64,000 nucleotides of DNA from a virus, in IMG/VR virus record IMGVR_UViG_3300042564_003728. One strand, 5' to 3'. A model generated the notes under the pieces. It did no database searches. It was not told the origin of the DNA and was given only the letters and a program-made list of their open reading frames with translations. This document shows positions 55,955 through 63,009 of this stretch, piece by piece. Position 1 is the first letter of the stretch. Each line of letters opens with the position of its first letter. Both the position numbers and the translations under genes were made by a program.

Positions 55955-56346
55955 TCTACAACTTTCTTATAACGATTAATTGTTCCATCGGCTTCTTCGA
56001 CCATAATCTCATCCATACGAGGATTATGAGCTAGAATTCTTTGTTCATGATCTGCAATGATCTTACCGGCTTCACGAAGAGTACGCATCACAGCATTAGC
56101 AATTCCAAACTTATTGCGGCCGGTATTTCGCGCTTCTTCAACCGCATCAGCACTGTCGCGATACAACTCATCGGACAACGACCAAGATAAGTCGACAGCA
56201 TTAGCAAAATCTCCTACGCGCCGAAGATATTCTTGTCCTCCGTCGACAGAAATAGCTCCACATGTGCAAGTTACAAAGTCATGACGATGCTTTGAGACGA
56301 TAAGGTCTCCACATGACAAGCAATTTACTGCATTTTGAACAATCAT
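55951..56346 (-). CDS. hypothetical Cys-cluster protein
   Basis: CLSCGD...CTCG zinc-binding-like N-terminus; 131 aa. Confidence 0.3.
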   Translation of the reverse strand: MIVQNAVNCLSCGDLIVSKHRHDFVTCTCGAISVDGGQEYLRRVGDFANAVDLSWSLSDELYRDSADAVEEARNTGRNKFGIANAVMRTLREAGKIIADHEQRILAHNPRMDEIMVEEADGTINRYKKVVE

Positions 56347-56576
56347 TCTGCTATCACCTTTTCGTGCACTTGTGTAATGTGCTTACACTTATTATAGAAA
56401 TTAAAACCAGGACAGTCACACACCCAACCTTGATCGAGCATCGTGACGTGATACTGTTTGCCTTTACAGTTTATATATGGCCATGTCAGACCGACCAAAT
56501 GGTGGTCGTGAAAATTGATGCCAGCCATTGCAAGCGGTGTACGAAAGGCGGAATAAGTTGGCGTATGGTCAATCAT
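56343..56576 (-). CDS. SWIM zinc-finger mini-protein
   Basis: CDCPGFNFYNKCKH matches the SWIM pattern CxCx(n)CxH. Confidence 0.45.
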   Translation of the reverse strand: MIDHTPTYSAFRTPLAMAGINFHDHHLVGLTWPYINCKGKQYHVTMLDQGWVCDCPGFNFYNKCKHITQVHEKVIAE

Positions 56577-56756
56577 AGGTTCACCTTACTACAAAAAACT
56601 AATTTTGTAAACCCCCTAAAGCGAGGAGAATTAAAATAACAAAAAGAAAACCATAGAGGGCAAATCGGAAAAAAATCTTGGCGACCTTAAGTCCGATCCA
56701 AAGAAAGAGGCCTAAGATCGCCAAGAACGGCAACGATGAGAGGAGGAACACGATGC

Positions 56757-57176
56757 TCAACCGCGTCTCTTACCAGTTGCCGGATCGGCCGCTTCAGACT
56801 TGGAAAGGACAACAAGTCCGCCTTTGTTATAGGCTTGGCCGATGATATAATTGCCGCTGACGGCAAGCTTTTCTTTCTCGTAAGAGGAATTCTTTGCGTA
56901 GTGTACACCGATCTCGTTCTGAGATGGGTACTTTTTACGATGATCTGATACGTTGTAATCAGGCATCGGTGTGCCACGAAGCTTAGGCTTATAGTTGCCA
57001 GCACGGTACTGCTGATATTCTTCGAACGTCTTTGGCTTAACACCAATACGCTTGCAAAACTTACAGTCTTCGAGCCAAGCCAAACCAATTTTGGTATACT
57101 TGGACGTCGTCATTTTAGACTTACGCTTGCCATGATGAGTGGTAGTGTAAGCAGGACCAAGAAGATGCATTGTCAT
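56757..57176 (-). CDS. hypothetical basic protein
   Basis: 139 aa; a promoter-like motif lies 45 nt upstream (57219-57234). Confidence 0.3.
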   Translation of the reverse strand: MTMHLLGPAYTTTHHGKRKSKMTTSKYTKIGLAWLEDCKFCKRIGVKPKTFEEYQQYRAGNYKPKLRGTPMPDYNVSDHRKKYPSQNEIGVHYAKNSSYEKEKLAVSGNYIIGQAYNKGGLVVLSKSEAADPATGKRRG

Positions 57177-57218
57177 AATATAATTTCCTCCTGATTCTGG
57201 TATACACTACCACCGATT

Positions 57219-57234
57219 AATTGTACATGCTTAC
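57219..57234 (-). promoter_or_regulatory. promoter-like motif variant (GTAAGCATGTACAATT)
   Basis: GCTTA-type variant. Confidence 0.25.
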
Positions 57235-58028
57235 TTTACGTTGACGATACCCTTAAAGTCGTAAGGAACGATAATGGTAGAAACCTTACCTTCCTTCACG
57301 GCTTCGGCGATCGTCACGAGAGCAGTTGCTTCCATGTACTTTGTTGCACCAGCATTGGCGTTCAGAGCGGCAATACGTTCTGCTTCCAACTTTGCGGTGC
57401 GAACCTCTACCTGCTTCTGCTTCTCGGCGTTCTGTGCCTGAACCAACTGGTTGGCTGAGGCTACGATGTTCGCAGCAGGCTTTACCTGACGAACAAGAAC
57501 CTGAGAGATTGAAATTGCACCGTCAAGCTTCTCAGAAGCAAGCTGCGTAACGATTTCCTGGCGAACAAGCTGTTCGATCTCTGCACGGTTATCAGCCATT
57601 TTCAAGGACTCGTACTTGCGTGCAACCTTATAGGCAGCATTACGACCGAGCTGACGAATGTAGTTGTACATTAGAAGGGTGTCACCTTCTTCGGTATCAG
57701 CGTGGAAGCCACGGTTCTTTTCGATGTAGAGTTCTGCAACAGAACCAGGATTGATCGAGTAGATGACAGCCATATCGAAGTCGGCAACTGTCGAGTTATC
57801 AGAAGCGAGTGGAGTCAAGTCAGAGACATCAACCTGAACATCCTTTGTAGGGAATGTCATGACATCACCGAACATTGTCTGATTGATAGAACCAGGCATC
57901 AACTCAGTTGTTTCAATGGTCTTGTCGAACGAGCGACGAACACCAACTTCACCAGTTTCAATACGAGTACATGCAGCAGTCGTGGCCATCAGACCAGCGA
58001 GAACGGCAATCTTTGCAATACGATTCAT
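57231..58028 (-). CDS. SPFH/band-7 (prohibitin-like) lipoprotein
   Basis: Signal plus lipobox LMATTAAC; SPFH core through residue 200; Ala/Gln-rich coiled-coil tail. Confidence 0.65.
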   Translation of the reverse strand: MNRIAKIAVLAGLMATTAACTRIETGEVGVRRSFDKTIETTELMPGSINQTMFGDVMTFPTKDVQVDVSDLTPLASDNSTVADFDMAVIYSINPGSVAELYIEKNRGFHADTEEGDTLLMYNYIRQLGRNAAYKVARKYESLKMADNRAEIEQLVRQEIVTQLASEKLDGAISISQVLVRQVKPAANIVASANQLVQAQNAEKQKQVEVRTAKLEAERIAALNANAGATKYMEATALVTIAEAVKEGKVSTIIVPYDFKGIVNVK

Positions 58029-58042
58029 AATTTACTTTTCCT

Positions 58043-58219
58043 TTAGAACAAAATAACAATAGACGCAACAAATAACATTACTAGAACGGTGACTCCAAAA
58101 GAATAACCGGCCACGGCCAACATTTTTATCTTTTCTTTTCCGGTCAGCCGACGGAAAATATCAATGCTTGTAAAAAAGATGACAAACAATGACAAGAAAG
58201 CAATAATCATTTTACTCAT
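58043..58219 (-). CDS. small 2-TM membrane protein (58 aa), missed by the ORF track
   Basis: MSKMIIAFLSLFVIFFTSIDIFRRLTGKEKIKMLAVAGYSFGVTVLVMLFVASIVILF; ATG overlaps the phosphoesterase stop (TAATG) and the gene ends 15 nt before the SPFH ATG. Confidence 0.4.
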   Translation of the reverse strand: MSKMIIAFLSLFVIFFTSIDIFRRLTGKEKIKMLAVAGYSFGVTVLVMLFVASIVILF

Positions 58220-58860
58220 TAATTAGGTCCACTTCCATTTCCCCATGCTTTTACAGGACCTTTATATCCTGTATCTTTCCAACGTTGTTGGATTCTTTCT
58301 TCTACCTCATCGAAGTGAAGAGGAGTGAAGTCGGTTTGCTCTACGCATACGCAGAGATATCGAGGATCTGGGAAGTCAGCATATATGATTTCGTTTCTAT
58401 CAGCATTAACTCCCCATGGCATTTTGATCTCATTTGCATGTAGATGACCGTGTACGTTGACACGGAACCTTTCAGACACGCAGTCAGGATGTAGCGGGAT
58501 ATGGCTCAGAATGAACTTATCGACAAACACACGAACACCGTGAATCTGCTCAAAGCCAACTTCACGATAGTCTTCGTCCTTGAAGATGTCGTGGTTACCG
58601 CGCACAAGGATCTTACGGCCATTCATACGCTTTACCAATTCAAGATACTTCTTGTTGATTACCACGTCGCCAAGAAAGTAGACAGTGTCTTGCTCTTTCA
58701 CTTTAGCATTGTGCCGCTCGATCATGGTCTCGTTCATCTCTTCAGTCGAAGTGAACGGCCGCAGCGGACTGCCGTCAGATAGCGTGAACTTTTCCCACGA
58801 GTTCGTATGACCAAGATGATGGTCAGAGATAACGAATCTGTTTACAAACTTAGTCATCAT
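58219..58860 (-). CDS. calcineurin-like metallophosphoesterase
   Basis: Motifs ISDHHLGH, GDVV, GNHD, GHLH; 213 aa. Confidence 0.65.
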   Translation of the reverse strand: MMTKFVNRFVISDHHLGHTNSWEKFTLSDGSPLRPFTSTEEMNETMIERHNAKVKEQDTVYFLGDVVINKKYLELVKRMNGRKILVRGNHDIFKDEDYREVGFEQIHGVRVFVDKFILSHIPLHPDCVSERFRVNVHGHLHANEIKMPWGVNADRNEIIYADFPDPRYLCVCVEQTDFTPLHFDEVEERIQQRWKDTGYKGPVKAWGNGSGPN

Positions 58861-59110
58861 CCATTCTTTCGAGGTATATTCGAGTTGCTTCTACGCTGAG
58901 AGACAATACAGCGGTTGCATTGATACGACAAGCGATATTCACGACAATCCATTTGGCAATGTATGCAGTGATACGATCTTTGCGAGATAACGTGTTATTC
59001 ACATTTCCACCATACGTTCGTATGCAGCGCGATCGGCTTGCTCATCGAGCCAAGCTTCGTAACCTTCCCAGAATTCTTGTTCTTCAGCAGACATCATCAT
59101 ATCCTTCTTC

Positions 59111-59160
59111 ATTATAGATCCACCTTACCAAAAATTGTATTAATTGTACATGTTTATTTT
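59111..59160 (-). repeat. early promoter/RBS cassette, diverged copy D
   Basis: The minus strand reads AAAATAAACATGTACAATTAATACAATTTTTGGTAAGGTGGATCTATAATGAAGAAGGAT-ATGATGATG, driving a 33-aa ORF (MMMSAEEQEFWEGYEAWLDEQADRAAYERMVEM). Confidence 0.5.
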
Positions 59161-59405
59161 TAGTTGTAATTATCAATCACAGGAGATAGGCGAGACATAA
59201 GTCTAACGAATTTTAGACGAGGTTTTTTGTTAAGGACGATATCGTCGACGGTCGCGGCGACGAAGTAGTTTTTGTAAAGAGCGATTGAATATTCGAGTGT
59301 CGGGTTTTGATTGATAAAATCGACGAGAAGTTGAATGGTGGGGAATTTAGGCGAAGAGGTGTCGAGGTTGTTGTTAAGACGATCGAAATATTGAATGGAG
59401 TACAT
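59160..59405 (-). CDS. hypothetical protein
   Basis: Start MYSIQYF placed 17 nt after the TATAAT of cassette copy C (RBS AGAAGGAAAAA). Confidence 0.3.
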   Translation of the reverse strand: MYSIQYFDRLNNNLDTSSPKFPTIQLLVDFINQNPTLEYSIALYKNYFVAATVDDIVLNKKPRLKFVRLMSRLSPVIDNYN

Positions 59406-59420
59406 GTGTTTTTTTCCTTC

Positions 59421-59470
59421 TTGATTATAGGTCCACCTTACCAAAGTTTTGATAAAATGTACATGTTTAT
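59421..59470 (-). repeat. early promoter/RBS cassette copy C (PeSL-like)
   Basis: tgattataggtccaccttaccaaagttttgataaaatgtacatgtttatt, identical over about 48 nt to copy B; a hairpin follows at 59491-59512. Confidence 0.6.
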
Positions 59471-59490
59471 TTCGAAAAAAGGACAAAAAA

Positions 59491-59512
59491 ATGGGCGACC
59501 CGAAAGCCGCCC
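59491..59512. terminator. hairpin terminator tgggcg-ACCCGAAAGC-cgccca
   Basis: GC stem with an ACC-GAAAGC loop related to the 16940 and 22935 hairpins; A7 run on the plus-strand 5' side. Confidence 0.45.
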
Positions 59513-59632
59513 ATCATGCGTGTAGCAGGAGGAACCCCACCTGTGACCCTGCCTATTCCAGTCGTCAATTAAGACACTTGCCTCTTACACAGTTAAAACT
59601 GTATATCCACGCACCACATAGTGTACATCTAT

Positions 59633-59941
59633 TTATACAAGTTCTACAGTCAATTCTAAAGTTTTTTCGCGTTCAGCTAAAAAAAATGCTGGCGTAGATC
59701 CATCAAACCCACCGCCAAAGTTTAGGTGACGAACCATCTCCTTGGCTTTGGACATACGCATACCCTTGACTACAATCTGATCTGTCTTGGTCTCAAGGAT
59801 ATCACCGCCTATTTCGCCAAACCCGCCACCAACGTTGACGATCTTTCCAGTATTTACGATCTTGTAGTTAACCATCAATCTTCTCCCATTTAAAACCAAA
59901 ACAAAGTTCTTGCATCTTGCGATGAAACCAATTAGGCTCAT
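59633..59941 (-). CDS. hypothetical protein, Gly-rich small beta-type
   Basis: KIVNTGKIVNVGGGFGEIGGDILETKTDQIVVKG; the likely start is the internal MVNYK. Confidence 0.25.
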   Translation of the reverse strand: MSLIGFIARCKNFVLVLNGRRLMVNYKIVNTGKIVNVGGGFGEIGGDILETKTDQIVVKGMRMSKAKEMVRHLNFGGGFDGSTPAFFLAEREKTLELTVELV

Positions 59942-60050
59942 TGCCTTCCTCGACCATCCACCAAGAATTCTTTAGTATCTGGCACTTCCATTTGTATTTA
60001 GGATTTTTGACTGTATTGACTATCCAGCCGTTCCTGAGATTATCGATCAT
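59868..60050 (-). CDS. hypothetical small protein
   Basis: 60 aa, Trp-rich. Confidence 0.2.
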   Translation of the reverse strand: MIDNLRNGWIVNTVKNPKYKWKCQILKNSWWMVEEGNEPNWFHRKMQELCFGFKWEKIDG

Positions 60051-61462
60051 TTGAAACCTGCAAATTTAATTTTCTCGAATTTACTGACTGGCTTCGATTC
60101 ATTCTCGAGTCGATAACCAGAAGCGGAGTTGTCAAAGACTGGTCGATCTTCATCCTGAACAAGATCTTCTTGAGCAGATGCTTCTACATTATACAGACGC
60201 ATCTTCGAGTAGTCGACACCAATCACGAATCGCTTATGCACTGAAGGATCGCCGTAACGATTCTTCAACTGCTTTACCATGATCTGATTGAGCTGACGTA
60301 GTTCTTCACTCGTAATCAAGGCAAACATAAAGTCGGCCGTTGCTGGCAGACCGAACGATTCAGATGTATCTTCGAGACCGACATCAGAGTTGCTGAAACC
60401 AGAACGATTAGTCTGAGTAGCAGAAACGATTGGCACGTTGAACTCGACGGCGAGGCCGCGTAGTTCTTCGGCGATCGCCTTGATGTAAGTGTACGAGTTC
60501 ACGTTCGATCCCGGCTTGATCCTCGACGACGCACAGATGTTCAGGTAATCGATGTAGATAATGTCGGGGATAAAGTTCTTCTTGATCTTCAACTCGTTCA
60601 AGAGATGTCGAAAGTTTGCGGATCCTGCGCATGCTGTTGGATACTCCTTCACAATGAGCTTGCCTTTTGCTCGTTCCTTGACTTTCCCTACCAACTTGTA
60701 GTAGATCGCTTGAGGTAGATCCTTCAGATCGTCGAGTGTCACACCGAGGAGATTTGCATCGATACGCTCGGCGATTCTTTCTTCTGCCATTTCCAAAGTG
60801 ATATACAAGACATTCTGACCTGACATCAAGTTTTGAGCCGCGTTATGACACATGAACAATGACTTACCGACACCAGTACCAGCAAGAGCAATGTTCAGTG
60901 TCTTACGAGGCAGACCGCCTTGAGTAATCTTGTTAAAGAAGTCAAGGTCGAAACCGATGCGAACTTCCTTACGGTGATAGAACTCATAACGTTCTGCTGC
61001 ATCATTCAAGAAGTCGTGGCCGATATGGCTATCGAAAGAAACACCGAGTGCGTCAGTCAAGATCTGTGGAATCGATCCAACCGAGATGCTATCCTTCTTG
61101 CTATCATCGACGATCTGAATCGATTGCATCAAAGCATTATACAATGCCTTGTCTTTACAAAACTTTTCGGTATTATCTACGAGCCATGCCACATCACGAT
61201 CTTCGGACTTATCAAGGCCAGATACAACTTCCTTAGCAAGTTTGAACTGATCGTCAGACAGCCCGCCGACATCGTTGAGATCAATCTCGACAGCAGATTT
61301 TGTAGGAAAGTTGTTATACTTTCCCACATATTCATGAATGATAGAGAAGATCTTACGATCTACGGTGTCTGTAAAGTATTCTTCTTTGAGGAATGGAATG
61401 ACCTTACGACCGTACTCCTCGTTTTCGATAAGGTTTCCAAATATGATATGTTCAATTCTCAT
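60047..61462 (-). CDS. 41: replicative DNA helicase gp41 (DnaB-like)
   Basis: Walker A LAGTGVGKS; DnaB-family blocks; 471 aa (T4 gp41 is 475 aa); ATGA-coupled to uvsX. Confidence 0.85.
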   Translation of the reverse strand: MRIEHIIFGNLIENEEYGRKVIPFLKEEYFTDTVDRKIFSIIHEYVGKYNNFPTKSAVEIDLNDVGGLSDDQFKLAKEVVSGLDKSEDRDVAWLVDNTEKFCKDKALYNALMQSIQIVDDSKKDSISVGSIPQILTDALGVSFDSHIGHDFLNDAAERYEFYHRKEVRIGFDLDFFNKITQGGLPRKTLNIALAGTGVGKSLFMCHNAAQNLMSGQNVLYITLEMAEERIAERIDANLLGVTLDDLKDLPQAIYYKLVGKVKERAKGKLIVKEYPTACAGSANFRHLLNELKIKKNFIPDIIYIDYLNICASSRIKPGSNVNSYTYIKAIAEELRGLAVEFNVPIVSATQTNRSGFSNSDVGLEDTSESFGLPATADFMFALITSEELRQLNQIMVKQLKNRYGDPSVHKRFVIGVDYSKMRLYNVEASAQEDLVQDEDRPVFDNSASGYRLENESKPVSKFEKIKFAGFK

Positions 61463-62529
61463 TCATCCTCCATCTCATAGACATCTGCCACTTCGTCTTC
61501 ACTCTGCATAATGGCACCGTTAGCTGCAGCGTACTTCTTTTCAACGAACTCATTGAACTTAGGACACTGTAGAATAGGATGCCAGAAGTTGAAGTTATAG
61601 GTATCATTCAAGCGATACGACTTATCGGAGATTTCTCCAGTAATCATATCAACCTTTTGGAACCAACCAACCTTTGGCTTGATCACGTGCCCAGACTCGA
61701 GAGCCATGTCAAGCAGACCAGACCACTTGCTGATGCCTTCGTCCCATGATACTTCGATTGGAATCTTGCTTTTTTCTTTTACAAAGCGAGACTTCTCAAC
61801 GTTGATGATGAAGTTGTAGCCAGTGACTTCCTTGCCATCTTTCTCTTGTTGACGACCAAGAATGAAGATGTTGTCAGCCGAGTAATAGATGCCAGTACCA
61901 CCAGATACGACGGCCTTCGAGTACATCTCTTGAGTCTGATAAGTGTGGTTGACCACGATCAGAGGAATATCCTTCAGGTTAAGATGGGGAGTAACCATAC
62001 GGAAGAGCGACTTAAGTTGTTTTGCACGAGTCATATCGGCGGCTGAGTTCTGCTTCAGTGCATCTTCGACTTCCTTCTTCGAAGCGAGATTGCCGACCGA
62101 GTCGATCACAACGATGACACGATCGCCGCGCTTGATCTCTTCGAACTGATGCATAATATCAAACTTCAACTGTTCGACATCTGTGATGGGAGTATGGAGA
62201 ACTCGAGATGTGTCGATGCCGAACGAGTCGAAGTAAGATTGCGGAGTACCAAATTCTGAGTCATAGAAAAGCATGACTGCATCTGAATACGTGTCCATAT
62301 ATGCCTTCGCCATAAGAAGACTAAAAGAAGTTTTGAAGTGCTTCGATGGACCTGCCCAAATGGTCAGACCAGGGACGAAGCCACCATTAATTTTACCACT
62401 CAATGCAATGTTGATTGCAGGCACTGTCGTGCGGATCATGTCCTTGGCATTGAAGAACTTGGAATCAGACAGAATATCTGAATCCTTGATTGTGGTATTC
62501 TTACGCAATTTATTTAATAGGTCTGACAT
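61459..62529 (-). CDS. uvsX: UvsX recombinase (RecA-like)
   Basis: Near-collinear identity with T4 UvsX, for example SKFFNAKDMIRTTVPAINIALSG, WAGPSKHFKTSF, LFYDSEFG, IDSVGNLASKKEVEDAL, DMTRAKQLKSLFRMVTP, NHTYQTQEMYSK, LNVEKSRFVKEKSK and GLLDMALE. Confidence 0.9.
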   Translation of the reverse strand: MSDLLNKLRKNTTIKDSDILSDSKFFNAKDMIRTTVPAINIALSGKINGGFVPGLTIWAGPSKHFKTSFSLLMAKAYMDTYSDAVMLFYDSEFGTPQSYFDSFGIDTSRVLHTPITDVEQLKFDIMHQFEEIKRGDRVIVVIDSVGNLASKKEVEDALKQNSAADMTRAKQLKSLFRMVTPHLNLKDIPLIVVNHTYQTQEMYSKAVVSGGTGIYYSADNIFILGRQQEKDGKEVTGYNFIINVEKSRFVKEKSKIPIEVSWDEGISKWSGLLDMALESGHVIKPKVGWFQKVDMITGEISDKSYRLNDTYNFNFWHPILQCPKFNEFVEKKYAAANGAIMQSEDEVADVYEMEDE

Positions 62530-62585
62530 AACTTCTCCTTGTCTGATTGTCCCAGTATATACGATATATCTTTATTTGTACACCA

Positions 62586-62816
62586 TTAAGATGCGAGAAT
62601 CTTATTTAATTTAGTAATGAAGAGATCGATCTTCTCGGCACGATTAGGCCAGTTGATGATCGGGTTTTTATCTGCATCTTTCTTTAAATTTACAAGTAAA
62701 GGCATGATGGCAGCATACATTGCATCTGCCTTATCGTTGCCTTCTTGTTTGATTTCTTCTTCAGATGAAGTCGTGAAACCAAAATCAAAGTCTAAGTCTA
62801 TATCTAGTTTAGCCAT
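62586..62816 (-). CDS. hypothetical small acidic protein
   Basis: 76 aa, upstream of uvsX. Confidence 0.3.
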   Translation of the reverse strand: MAKLDIDLDFDFGFTTSSEEEIKQEGNDKADAMYAAIMPLLVNLKKDADKNPIINWPNRAEKIDLFITKLNKILAS

Positions 62817-63009
62817 TAATAACTCCTATTGTCCAGTTTTCAGCGCAATCTTCTGCGTATCGTAATGTTTTTTCTTTTAAAACTCGCGTTTCAATATGCT
62901 CATCATTTTCAAAAAACTTGACATAGTAATAATCATCATAGCTTTGCTTATGCAATTCAGCTCGACGGTTTGCATATTTTCCATTACCATTGTATTCTGT
63001 TACCATCAT
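62809..63009 (-). CDS. hypothetical small protein
   Basis: Start more likely at MMVTEYNG (ATGA overlap with the gp43 stop) than at 63051. Confidence 0.25.
   Translation of the reverse strand: MMVTEYNGNGKYANRRAELHKQSYDDYYYVKFFENDEHIETRVLKEKTLRYAEDCAENWTIGVING

Noticed and set aside
56577-56756. Hydrophobic ~50-aa peptide (VFLLSSLPFLAILGLFLWIGLKVAKIFFRFALYGFLFVILILLALGGLQN) on the minus strand in the apparent intergenic gap
   Set aside because: It has no ATG start (only GTG/TTG overlapping the upstream stop) and a weak RBS. It could be real but is unsupported. The overlapping 133-aa ORF 56687-57088 is clearly a shadow of 56757-57176.
22188-59512. CRISPR array suggested by repeated ~48-bp identical sequences
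   Set aside because: Only 3-4 copies, separated by 0.6-36 kb with no regular spacing. The repeats contain a -10 box and an RBS feeding ORFs, so they are promoter cassettes, not CRISPR repeats. No cas genes are present.
59633-59941. GroES/gp31-like co-chaperonin call
   Set aside because: Only vague Gly-rich beta-strand similarity. No mobile-loop or roof motif and no conserved GroES residues, so it is left as hypothetical.
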